Shown one piece after another: positions 8,710 to 17,018 of a DNA stretch of 32,000 nt (position 1 is the first letter of the stretch; every line of letters begins with the position of its first letter). The notes below the pieces were generated by a model. The model searched no databases, was not told where the DNA came from, and saw only the letters and a list, made by a program, of their open reading frames with translations. This DNA comes from an uncultured archaeon (GTDB taxonomy: Archaea; Micrarchaeota; Micrarchaeia; Micrarchaeales; CABMGC01). The position numbers and the translations under genes are program-made. The DNA is taken from the NCBI GenBank assembly GCA_963704435.1, contig OY969902.1, positions 60,001 to 92,000 of the forward strand. Direction: 5' to 3'.

Positions 8710-9807
8710 TCAGCGCCACGTTCTCCTCCTTCTGTATATCCTCGAGTACGCGACCCCGGCGGCTACCGCGACCGCTATCGCGACACCAGTTCCAATGAGC
8801 GGAAGCATATCGCCGGCATTAGGCGCAGGGGTCGTCACGGCCGGAGTGGCGTTCACTGCAGGCGCAACCGTGGTGGTCGGCGCGGTTGTCGTTGCAGTGG
8901 AAGGCACCGTGGAGGTCGCAATCTGCGGTCCAATCGTTACCGTGAAGGTCGTCGATGCGGCGTTGCCGTATGCGTCAGCCGCCGTGCAGGTCACTGCCGT
9001 ATTCCCTATCGGGAACGTCGATCCCGATGCAGGCGTGCATGTTGGCGTGAGCGCCGTGCCGTACTGGTCCGTTGCAGTTGGGGTCGTGTATGTTTCAGTT
9101 GAGCCAGCTGAAGTCGCTGCTGCAGCTGGGTCGACGTAGTTCGAGGGGGTGCCGGTTATCGTCGGAGGCGTTGCTCCCGCGCTGACAGTTATCGCCACCT
9201 CGGATGACGTTCCTGTTGCGCCTGTGCTGTCGGTTACGGTCTCGGAGACCTGATATGTTCCTGGCATTGCAAATGTGATTTGGTTGCCTGCGATTGATGC
9301 CTCTCCTTTAGCCATCGCGTCTGCGCTGTTGGAGTCAATTACCGAATACGCGTATGTGTATGGAGGTGTACCTGAAGTTGTCGAATTAGCGAATGTAACG
9401 TTCTGGCCCGTCGCGATCGCCGTGGATCCTGATGCGGATAGCGTTATCGATGGTGGGATTGTCGATACCGTCACTAACACTGGTGACGAGGTTACCGTCG
9501 CGCCCGTGCTGTCGGTTGCAGTTTCAATTACTGCATAGGTGTTTGCAGCCAAGAACATGATGGTGTTGCCCGCGACTGATGCTTCCCCATTACCCAGTGC
9601 GTTTGCGTTGCCGGAGTCAATTACCGAATACGCATATGTGTACGGAGGCGTTCCGGAGGACGTAGAATTAATGAATGTGACGTTCTGGTCCACCTGGATC
9701 ATCGTGGATCCCGATGCAGATAGCGTCAGTGCTTGCGCATGCGCCATCCCGGACAGAAATAGCATGCAGACAGCAGCCACCATGACCAGACTAAATCGCT
9801 TCGACAT
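8710..9807 (-). CDS. secreted/cell-surface protein with tandem beta-domains and C-terminal membrane anchor
   Basis: Signal peptide; two tandem domains of about 94 aa (GTPPYTYAYSVIDS...); HYR-like region; TTT-rich linker; MLPLIGTGVAIAVAVAAGVAYSRIYRRRRTW anchor. Confidence 0.75.
   Translation of the reverse strand: MSKRFSLVMVAAVCMLFLSGMAHAQALTLSASGSTMIQVDQNVTFINSTSSGTPPYTYAYSVIDSGNANALGNGEASVAGNTIMFLAANTYAVIETATDSTGATVTSSPVLVTVSTIPPSITLSASGSTAIATGQNVTFANSTTSGTPPYTYAYSVIDSNSADAMAKGEASIAGNQITFAMPGTYQVSETVTDSTGATGTSSEVAITVSAGATPPTITGTPSNYVDPAAAATSAGSTETYTTPTATDQYGTALTPTCTPASGSTFPIGNTAVTCTAADAYGNAASTTFTVTIGPQIATSTVPSTATTTAPTTTVAPAVNATPAVTTPAPNAGDMLPLIGTGVAIAVAVAAGVAYSRIYRRRRTWR
8736..8793 (-). repeat. 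anchor cassette repeat, copy 1
   Basis: 57/58 identical to 9946-10003, encoding the TGVAIAVAVAAGVAYSRI anchor. Confidence 0.85.
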
Positions 9808-9916
9808 GACACACGCCTATGGATATCCTTTAGGCATGCAAAATTTATAATACGGTTAGTGACTTTTCGCAATGCCCGCGCAGTCCCCTCTTACGAGCCC
9901 GCCATCCTATGGGCCA

Positions 9917-10456
9917 TTACTGCTTCTTGCGCTTCCTGTCCGCAGATATCCTGGAGTACGCGACCCCGGCGGCTACCGCGACCGCTATCGCGACACCAGT
10001 TCCCATGAGGGGCAGCATCGCGCTCGGATTGGGCTGCGCAGGAGCAGGCGCCATCGCGACCGGTGCCGTCTGGTTCACTTCGACAGGCGCAGGCAGGACC
10101 GTGGTGACAAGCGTGACCGTGGTCATTGGCGCAGGAAGCACCGAAGAGGGCACCTTCATTGAGGTGTTGTTGGCTGTCGTGTTAGTCGCGCTCTCAGTCA
10201 CGTTTGTCGCATTCACTGGAGCAGTTATCGCCGTGGTGCTGGTGACGTTCAGGCTCGCCGCAATCGGCGTGCTGTTAGTCGCGTTCAAAGGCGCAGCAAC
10301 GGTGGAATTGGTCATATTCTGCGCATACGCAGTCAGGCCCATCCCTACCAGAAACAGCAGGACCATCGAGGTCATAAATCTTGTTTTCATATCTCCACCA
10401 ATCTTAAATGCCATCATGATTGCCGATATTCCGTAGCATTCTACTGAATACCACAC
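9917..10456 (-). CDS. Thr/Asn-rich secreted protein with same C-terminal anchor
   Basis: Signal peptide, low-complexity T/N/A/P ectodomain, MLPLMGTGVAIAVAVAAGVAYSRISADRKRKKQ. Confidence 0.7.
   Translation of the reverse strand: MWYSVECYGISAIMMAFKIGGDMKTRFMTSMVLLFLVGMGLTAYAQNMTNSTVAAPLNATNSTPIAASLNVTSTTAITAPVNATNVTESATNTTANNTSMKVPSSVLPAPMTTVTLVTTVLPAPVEVNQTAPVAMAPAPAQPNPSAMLPLMGTGVAIAVAVAAGVAYSRISADRKRKKQ
9946..10003 (-). repeat. anchor cassette repeat, copy 2
   Basis: 57/58 identical to 8736-8793. Confidence 0.85.
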
Positions 10457-10546
10457 TTACCTAGATAAGATGTTTACGTTTATAAAACTATCTGCGGTTC
10501 TTGCACGGCAGTTCCGAGGGATGAAGACGAAGGGAGGGGCAGGCAA

Positions 10547-11296
10547 TCAAGAAGGCCTGATGCATTTGACTTCGTTTGACGCCGTGAGGTTGTACTGCTG
10601 CCCGCCGCTAAGGTTGCTGCGGGTGCTCCCGCTGGGGTAGTAGACGTACACCTGGAACGCATAAGGCCCGATTATGGCCGTGTCCGGATAGCCCACTTCG
10701 CTGTCGTTTGCTGCAAAGGAAGTCGTCGCAGGCTGGCCCGGCTCCCGCGTGCAGGAGCTTCCGTAAGAATGCCAGGCCGCGCAGGCCATGCTGCCGAAGC
10801 CGCCGGCCCAGACCAGACCGCCGGACTGAGGAGGATTATATATCAGCTTATTAATGAAGGCCGTTCCGTTCACTGGCCCTGTGATGGTGCCGTTAGCCTT
10901 GAGCGCAACCAGATAAAGTAGTCCGTTGGGGGTCCACTTGACTCCGCAGGAGACCGAGGAGAAGTTCATCGTGAATGGCGAGTTGTCCACAGGGGCGCCC
11001 TGGGAGACCGTGGTCGAAGGGGCCGGTGGCGCCACTGTGGTTGTCGAAGTGTTGACGGGCTTGTTCGGGCAGTTGTAGATAGCCCCTTGCGCGGCACAGC
11101 CGTTCGCTTCTATCCCGCAGATGTATCCGTATGGGCAAACGGTCGCGGTCGGCTGGATCGTGGACGAATTGCTGCCTGGCGTCGAGTAGGGCGCGGACTT
11201 GGGAATGACCAAGACTATTATTGCCCCTATCACTACGATTGCCGCCAGTATGCCCAGGATCATCTTCGTATTCGGTTTCGACTCCTTGTTTGCCAT
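10547..11296 (-). CDS. N-terminally anchored secreted protein, Cys-containing ectodomain
   Basis: Single N-terminal TM (MILGILAAIVVIGAIIVLVI), T-rich linker, paired Cys, many N-x-S/T sequons. Confidence 0.65.
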   Translation of the reverse strand: MANKESKPNTKMILGILAAIVVIGAIIVLVIPKSAPYSTPGSNSSTIQPTATVCPYGYICGIEANGCAAQGAIYNCPNKPVNTSTTTVAPPAPSTTVSQGAPVDNSPFTMNFSSVSCGVKWTPNGLLYLVALKANGTITGPVNGTAFINKLIYNPPQSGGLVWAGGFGSMACAAWHSYGSSCTREPGQPATTSFAANDSEVGYPDTAIIGPYAFQVYVYYPSGSTRSNLSGGQQYNLTASNEVKCIRPS

Positions 11297-11305
11297 GCCT
11301 TCCCC

Positions 11306-12406
11306 CTACGGCTGCCTAGTGAGCGTGAAAGTCTGGGTATATCCGCAGCCGACCGAGCACGAGGCGTCCGGAGGGCCTGGCGGCGCGGGCCCCGGGCTCC
11401 CGGTCAGCTTAAGGATTCCGCCGGACACCCCTCCGACATAGGTGGAGCCGTCGTTGCCCGTGAGGCTCACACCATTTCCGCTTACCGTCCCGTTAATCGT
11501 GAAGTCGACGTTTGTCTGCATGAGCCCGTAAATCACCAGGTCGCAGGTGCGGCCCGCTGGCGCAGGCTTGGTTATGGTCGTAAAGTTGACGACAAGGGTG
11601 CCGCTTACGTACGATCCGTTCTGCATCATCACGTTCAGCGTTGCATGGCCGGAATACGCGCATTGGGCGTCGCCGGCCCCGAGATCCTGCATCGTCACGG
11701 GCCCGCTCCAGATTCCGCTGACGCTTCCGCCAGATCCGGATATCGTGGTGGTGCTGCCTCGCGTGGTCGTGCTAGTGCTCTGGGATACCGTAGTGGTGCT
11801 TCCTCCCTTGACCGTGGTTGGCACGGTTGTGGTGGGGCTTACTGTAGTCGTGCCCGGGGAGGTCATAGTGGTAGTGCTGTTAATTGTGGTCGTGGTCGTA
11901 TAGCCCGGCGGCGAGACTGTGGTGGTCCTGGGAGCGCCCCTCCTAAGGACGAAGACCTGTGTGTACCCGCAGTATTTCACGCAGTTCGCTCCCACTCCCG
12001 AGAACGTCCTGTTCACGTAGAGGGTCATTATGTCGGAGTTCACCCAGCCCGTATAATTGACATCGTAGGTGTCCACCAGGTACACGTTCGTGCCGCTGAC
12101 CTGGCCCTGGACCGAGATCTGAAACGGGCCGTTGCCGTAGGAGCAGTTGAGGCCCTCCGGAGATGGGCTCGTGATTTCGATGCTGCCGCTGAACTGCCCG
12201 TTCACGGCCGCACCCGTCTGCGACAGCGCCAATGTCACGGGTCCGCCGTATGAGCAGCTGGGGATTCCAGTGTCTTCCATCGTGAAATTGCCAGTCCAGG
12301 TGCCCGCAATGTTCAGCGGTGCCACGGCGCCGGATGAGACCACCACCGCGGCCCCGGCCCCGGCCACGACAAGTGCGAAGAATACGACATTCACCAGGCT
12401 TACCAT
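11306..12406 (-). CDS. secreted protein with two homologous Cys-containing beta-rich domains and a Thr-rich linker
   Basis: Repeat units IAGTWTGNFTMEDTG...C.YCGYTQVFVLRR and VSGIWSGPVTMQDLG...C..GCGYTQTFTLTR separated by a (T/S/P)-rich linker. Confidence 0.7.
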   Translation of the reverse strand: MVSLVNVVFFALVVAGAGAAVVVSSGAVAPLNIAGTWTGNFTMEDTGIPSCSYGGPVTLALSQTGAAVNGQFSGSIEITSPSPEGLNCSYGNGPFQISVQGQVSGTNVYLVDTYDVNYTGWVNSDIMTLYVNRTFSGVGANCVKYCGYTQVFVLRRGAPRTTTVSPPGYTTTTTINSTTTMTSPGTTTVSPTTTVPTTVKGGSTTTVSQSTSTTTRGSTTTISGSGGSVSGIWSGPVTMQDLGAGDAQCAYSGHATLNVMMQNGSYVSGTLVVNFTTITKPAPAGRTCDLVIYGLMQTNVDFTINGTVSGNGVSLTGNDGSTYVGGVSGGILKLTGSPGPAPPGPPDASCSVGCGYTQTFTLTRQP

Positions 12407-12489
12407 AGTTGTCCCTTATTTGCCCACTACTTCAAAGGTCAAGTATAAATATGTTATTCCGACAAGGACAAGATGGAACTGTGGAAACA

Positions 12490-12555
12490 GTAAGCGGACC
12501 CAAGCCAGCGATATTAGTGTGCACCATTCCGGTACACTTTCTGGCTTGGACTTAC
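12490..12555. promoter_or_regulatory. strongly structured intergenic inverted-repeat element
   Basis: Nested stems GTAAG/CTTAC, CCAAGCCAG/CTGGCTTGG (9 bp perfect) and AGTGT(GC)ACC/GGTACACT. Confidence 0.6.
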
Positions 12556-12635
12556 CCACTTGATACTATATCCTATTGCAGCGCATAAAAAGGTATCTAA
12601 TTATCTGTCTAGACACGCCGGAGCTTTCCCCTGGC

Positions 12636-13424
12636 TCAGCACGATATCGTTATGGCGCCGCTGCCAGGCTGCGAGACTATACTTATTATTGTAGTCAGGA
12701 GCGGCTTCGCGGCCAGAACTATGACAAGCGCTATGACCGCGCCTATCAGCATCGTGGTCGACCACGTGGTGAGGCTCTTCTTGAAATCGAGGTTCGTGGG
12801 CAGGAAGTGGGATATCGAATAGAGGATTCCGCCCAGCAGGAAAAGGGTCAGCGCGAGTATGCCCACCACGTTCCTGATCTCGTCCACTATCCCGCAGAGC
12901 TGCAGGTTTATCGCCGACGCTGCCGGCTGCGCTATGGCGTTCTGGGAGGTCGCGTTGGCCGCGCCCGCAGTCGTGGTCGCGGAGGTTACCGATGTGGTGA
13001 TGGTCGTCGGAATGTAGACAGCGATCTCCGCCGCCGGGGAGAGCGCGGCAGATCCCTTGGAGTCGGCGATGTAGACGCAGTACCATGCGGTCTTGGGGGG
13101 CGTCACTACTATTGCGTCCCTGGTCGAGAAGACGCTGTCGTTCCTGAAGTTGTCGCTATCGGACTGGCATTTCTGGAACGGGCCCGAGTACCACATGACT
13201 TTGTACGGGGAAGTCCCGCCGTACCAGACTGCTATGACGTTGGCGCTCTGGCCGTAGGTTATGTTCAGCGCGTTCACCGTGACGCTGATCTGGACGATGG
13301 GGGACAGCAGCACCGGCGCGATGATGCCCGTGGGATTGCCTGTCGAGGCCGCGCCCGCAGATACAAACAGCAGCGCAAGCGCAAATGATATTGAAGTCGC
13401 CTGCAGGCCGCGCACCTTGAACAT
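12636..13424 (-). CDS. secreted Ig-like domain protein with Cys-bounded two-TM module (paralog C)
   Basis: Signal peptide; WYGGTSPYKVMWYSG...WYCVYI; LCGIVDEIRNVVGILALTLFLLGGILYSISHFLPTNLDFKKSLTTW...TISC. Internal Met chosen. Confidence 0.75.
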   Translation of the reverse strand: MFKVRGLQATSISFALALLFVSAGAASTGNPTGIIAPVLLSPIVQISVTVNALNITYGQSANVIAVWYGGTSPYKVMWYSGPFQKCQSDSDNFRNDSVFSTRDAIVVTPPKTAWYCVYIADSKGSAALSPAAEIAVYIPTTITTSVTSATTTAGAANATSQNAIAQPAASAINLQLCGIVDEIRNVVGILALTLFLLGGILYSISHFLPTNLDFKKSLTTWSTTMLIGAVIALVIVLAAKPLLTTIISIVSQPGSGAITISC

Positions 13425-13509
13425 AATGTAAACCTCCAGCTGGGCAATGTCCAATTAACTGAACGTAATGTTCCTTAACCCTTTCGGAGCGGAAGGCCGC
13501 TCCTGTCCT

Positions 13510-15033
13510 TCAGCAGGATATGCTCAGCGCGCTGGCCCCTGTCGCGGACGCGCCGAGGTTCGCTATCAGCGTGAGCAGCGGCTTGGCCGCTATCACCACG
13601 ACCAGGGCGACCACCGCGCCTATTATCATGGTGGTGGACCAGGTGTGGAGGCTCTTCTTGAAATCGAGGTTCGTTGGCAGGAAGTGCGACACCGCGTACA
13701 GCACCCCTCCGAGAAGGAATAGCGTGAGCGACAGTGCGCCAACTATGCCCATCACCGACCCGACGAGCCCGCAGAGCACCGAGGAGATCGCGAATACCGT
13801 GCTTTGCTGCTGCGAGGTCGAGTTGGAGCCCGGCGTTCCCCCGACCGTGCTCCTTCCCGTCAGGACCGTTATCTCTATCGCCTGAGACGCGACCGTGGCG
13901 GGGGTGTTGGACGAGTCTGTGACGGTGTAGCAGTACCAGGTGCTTCCCGAAGGGGACAGCGCTATCGAGCCCGAGGTCGCCGACAGGTTGGCGCGCACTG
14001 CCAGCGTAACCGCGTCCTGGGCGCACGATGCGGACTGGCCCACGTACCATCTCAGCGTGTATGTCGGGGTCCCCCCGCTCCAGCCCGCGGTCAGGCTCAC
14101 CGCCTGGCCGTTGCTTATGCTGGAAGCGGTAGTCACCACGTTAGCTGCCAGGATCCTCGGGTTCACCGTTACCCCCGGCGACTCGTTGCTGACGGCCTTC
14201 CCCCTTGCGTATGCCACTGTCACCCTGCCCAGCAGCACGTTCCCCGCCTCCGCGGCGTTGGTCGTGTACGCAAGCGAGTTGTAGGCCATCGAGTTCGCAT
14301 TTATCACGTTCGCGAGCGCGTTCCCCGTGGCTGCGCTGACTATCACGAAATCGTAGGAGACGGGGGTGTAGTTCCCGTTCGCCATCGCGTTGAAAACCAC
14401 GGCCTGCCCCGCGTCTATCACGGTGCTGCTCACGGATATCAGCGGCGTCGGATAGACCGGCGGGGGCGCCATTGACTGCGAGAGCAGGAGCGCGGCGGCC
14501 GCGACCACGATCAGTATTATCGCTATCGCGGCGATGCTCTTCCACGGGATGCTCCGCTCCTCGTCCTCTTCGTTTTCGTACGCGCCGCCCGCTTTCGCCT
14601 CCTGCGGCACGTTCCTGCCTTCCTCTTCATGAACCGCTTCCGCTTCGGGCCCGGCTTCCTTTGGCGCGTGGCGCTCCTCCTGTTTTTCACCGGAAGCTAT
14701 CTGGCTCTCCTGCGCGGCGCCTTTCTCTTCCTCGCGGGCGCGCTCTTCGCGATGCTCCACGTGCCCCTCCTCCTGCTTGCGCTCCTCGCGGTGCTCTTCA
14801 GGGGGGCGCTCATGATGAGCCTCCTCGTATTTTTCCTCTGGCTTGTGCTCTTCGTGCTGGGCCTCCTTGTGCTCCTCCTTCGGCTTGCGCTCCTCATGGG
14901 CATGCTTGTGTTCCTCCCCGTGCTCCTTCCCCTCCTCGCGATGCTCCTTGTCCTTGTGCTCGGGATGCTGCGGCTCCTTGCGCTTCTTTCCGGCGCCCCC
15001 TTCCTTATGACCTGCCTTGTTTTCCTTCGCCAT
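13510..15033 (-). CDS. membrane protein with long E/K/H-rich N-terminal region, Ig-like domain and Cys-bounded two-TM module (paralog D)
   Basis: Charged N-terminus of about 165 aa, TM, WSGGTPTYTLRWYVG...WYCYTVTDS, LCGLVGSVMGIVGALSLTLFLLGGVLYAVSHFLPTNLDFKKSLHTW...SISC. Confidence 0.75.
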   Translation of the reverse strand: MAKENKAGHKEGGAGKKRKEPQHPEHKDKEHREEGKEHGEEHKHAHEERKPKEEHKEAQHEEHKPEEKYEEAHHERPPEEHREERKQEEGHVEHREERAREEEKGAAQESQIASGEKQEERHAPKEAGPEAEAVHEEEGRNVPQEAKAGGAYENEEDEERSIPWKSIAAIAIILIVVAAAALLLSQSMAPPPVYPTPLISVSSTVIDAGQAVVFNAMANGNYTPVSYDFVIVSAATGNALANVINANSMAYNSLAYTTNAAEAGNVLLGRVTVAYARGKAVSNESPGVTVNPRILAANVVTTASSISNGQAVSLTAGWSGGTPTYTLRWYVGQSASCAQDAVTLAVRANLSATSGSIALSPSGSTWYCYTVTDSSNTPATVASQAIEITVLTGRSTVGGTPGSNSTSQQQSTVFAISSVLCGLVGSVMGIVGALSLTLFLLGGVLYAVSHFLPTNLDFKKSLHTWSTTMIIGAVVALVVVIAAKPLLTLIANLGASATGASALSISC

Positions 15034-15172
15034 TCCGCATCATTACTAATAAGAGAAACGCTGGATTTATATGATGCACGCTCGGAATTGCCGGTGTATC
15101 ATTAATTATCATATAGATAACTAACTGCACACTCCTATTTTGAGTGGTGTGGGGCACAACTGGAAGCCGGAG

Positions 15173-16228
15173 TCAGGGCTTAAGCTTTTTTATCATGCGT
15201 GCCTCAATTGGGTCATTAATCGCATAGGTCTCTCCCACCTTCTCGACAAGGCCCAATTTTACAAGGTTACGCAATAGGGAGCTCAGAATCGTGTCGGACA
15301 CGCGCTCTCCCTTCGCTGACACGTAAGGTTTTATCTCGCTCCACCTGTCGATGCCGTTTGCTATCGCCTTGAGCACGTAGATATATCTCCTTCTTGAGCG
15401 CGCTATAAGCCTTCCCACTTCATTTGCCAGGATCCGCGACCCTTCCTCAAATACTTTGGCGACCGCCTCCTTGTGATCCAAACCTAGTGCGCACCTGTAA
15501 TATCCGTAGTAGGCAAGCCAGCCGACGATGCCTCCTATGCTCTCGACGGCATCTTCTATCTCTGCCTCGGTCGCCTTGACGCCCGACTTCTTGAATCCCG
15601 CAGACAGAAATCCGGTGCTCTCCTTCCTCCCAAACCTGTCGAGGTATATCTCATCCCTGAACCTGCCGTACAGGGGTGCATTGGCATCTTCATATCTCAG
15701 GAAGTCCCTCAGCATTCCGATTTCGCTTCCGGTAAGCACATATGCGATGTTTGAGAGATTGTCTACGCTCCACGCAATTATCCCATCGTACCGTACCCTG
15801 CCCGCGTACCTCAGGTACTGGGCCTCATCAAGGGCGATGACGAAGAACACCCCCTTGCCTTTGCACCATTCATTTATTCCCTTAAGCAGGCTTGTTATGC
15901 TGTTGTCGATCAGCCCGCCTGAAAAGTTCTCGGGATCCAACCCCAGCCCGCTGGCGAACTTCACAAATTCCTCCGCCATCGCCTCTGCAAGTGCGGAAAG
16001 GGGAACAGACGTGTGCTCATAGTATATCTCCTTCAAGTCTATGAATATGTAAGGGAACTCTTTCTCGTTGAGCATGGCGCGTATGAGGCTAGTCTTGCCT
16101 ACCCGCCTCAGCCCATAGACCACGATTAGCCTCTCGCGCCTTTTCAGGGCACCCTCCAACTGTCCAAGCTCTTTCTTCCTATCATATAGGTCGTCCACGC
16201 TTTCCGTCGGATTCAGGTCGAATTTCAC
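15173..16228 (-). CDS. archaeal AAA ATPase (ATPase_2-like) with C-terminal winged helix
   Basis: Walker A YGLRRVGKTSLIR, Walker B FVIALDEAQYL, C-terminal DTILSSLLRNLVKLGLVEKVGETYAINDP; GTG start. Confidence 0.85.
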   Translation of the reverse strand: MKFDLNPTESVDDLYDRKKELGQLEGALKRRERLIVVYGLRRVGKTSLIRAMLNEKEFPYIFIDLKEIYYEHTSVPLSALAEAMAEEFVKFASGLGLDPENFSGGLIDNSITSLLKGINEWCKGKGVFFVIALDEAQYLRYAGRVRYDGIIAWSVDNLSNIAYVLTGSEIGMLRDFLRYEDANAPLYGRFRDEIYLDRFGRKESTGFLSAGFKKSGVKATEAEIEDAVESIGGIVGWLAYYGYYRCALGLDHKEAVAKVFEEGSRILANEVGRLIARSRRRYIYVLKAIANGIDRWSEIKPYVSAKGERVSDTILSSLLRNLVKLGLVEKVGETYAINDPIEARMIKKLKP

Positions 16229-16241
16229 TAATACACCTATT

Positions 16242-16263
16242 AGTTACTAATACTAGTATTAGT
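16242..16263. promoter_or_regulatory. perfect 22-bp palindrome upstream of ATPase gene
   Basis: TTACTAATACTAGTATTAGTAA equals its own reverse complement; adjacent imperfect palindrome ACTAATACCTATTAGT at 16227-16242. Confidence 0.7.
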
Positions 16264-16310
16264 AAAATTAATATGCGTATCGCGCCAGCACTCGCGCTGC
16301 GCAATTTATA

Positions 16311-16382
16311 TAGTGGTGTGCCGTAGCCTCTCTTCTGTTTTAGGTGGCATTCGACTTAGCGGCGTTCTGCCTTGCACGCTCA
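16311..16382 (-). repeat. 72-bp direct repeat, distal copy: displaced 3' end of RNase P RNA gene
   Basis: Identical to 17086-17157. Confidence 0.9.
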
Positions 16383-16388
16383 TCGATA

Positions 16389-16730
16389 TCAATACTTGAA
16401 CCGTCTTTCATACTGCTTGTGGGGGAACCACTCCAGTATCACAGAGATTATCTCGATTTCGTTTCCACGTAGAGTGTACACCAACCTCCATCCGTTTGGC
16501 AGGTCATACTTCCTCAGGTTTGTGATTGCGAACCTCATCACGTACGCTCTGGGCCAGAGCCTCCTCCTTATCGCCACTCCCGCAAAGGGATCTTCCTTCA
16601 ACGCGTCCATTGCTTTCCGTATTTGCGAAGCGAGCTCTTTCTCCTCAAACTTTCCCGATTGCAATTCCAGGAAAGCCTTGCGGACTGACTCATCTCCGAA
16701 TCCGACCTTCTTCTCCCTTCCGTCGTTCAA
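16389..16730 (-). CDS. RelE/ParE-like toxin
   Basis: ORF ending ...YDLPNGWRLVYTLRGNEIEIISVILEWFPHKQYERRFKY, the typical RelE-fold C-terminal strand pattern; 4-bp overlap with upstream gene. Confidence 0.7.
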   Translation of the reverse strand: MNDGREKKVGFGDESVRKAFLELQSGKFEEKELASQIRKAMDALKEDPFAGVAIRRRLWPRAYVMRFAITNLRKYDLPNGWRLVYTLRGNEIEIISVILEWFPHKQYERRFKY

Positions 16731-17014
16731 TCAACCACCAGCCCGCGCTCGTGCATCTCCTTGACTTTTGAGGGATTCCACAGCCACGTTACCGTCCTGT
16801 CCTTTTCGACATGAATCTTGCCCGAATACTCAAGGTATTCGAGTATAGTGGTGAACGTGGACCACATCATTTTCTTCGGCAGCAGCCGCCATATCTGGGC
16901 CACGGTCTTGTCATTCCCGTACCTGAATAGCGCCTTCTCGACCATCAGTATCGAGTCGAGCCTTGGCGACCGGTCTATTTTCTTCGGGGCGCTTTTAAAC
17001 ACCTGCACTTGCAT
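16727..17014 (-). CDS. winged-helix antitoxin candidate
   Basis: Small HTH-like protein (KTVAQIWRLLPKKMMWSTFTTILEYLEYSGKIHVEKDRTVTWLWNP) overlapping the toxin by 4 bp; ATG at 17014 preferred over the track's TTG at 17023. Confidence 0.6.
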   Translation of the reverse strand: MQVQVFKSAPKKIDRSPRLDSILMVEKALFRYGNDKTVAQIWRLLPKKMMWSTFTTILEYLEYSGKIHVEKDRTVTWLWNPSKVKEMHERGLVVD

Positions 17015-17018
17015 ATGA

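Noticed and set aside
11087-12253. 388-aa plus-strand ORF
   Set aside because: Antisense to the secreted two-domain protein; composition atypical and lacks signal peptide or motifs
12576-13388. 270-aa plus-strand ORF
   Set aside because: Antisense to paralog C, which has clear paralogs
16372-16764. Plus-strand ORF opposite the RelE-like toxin
   Set aside because: Ser/Pro-rich antisense product; the minus-strand pair has TA-like overlap and fold signatures
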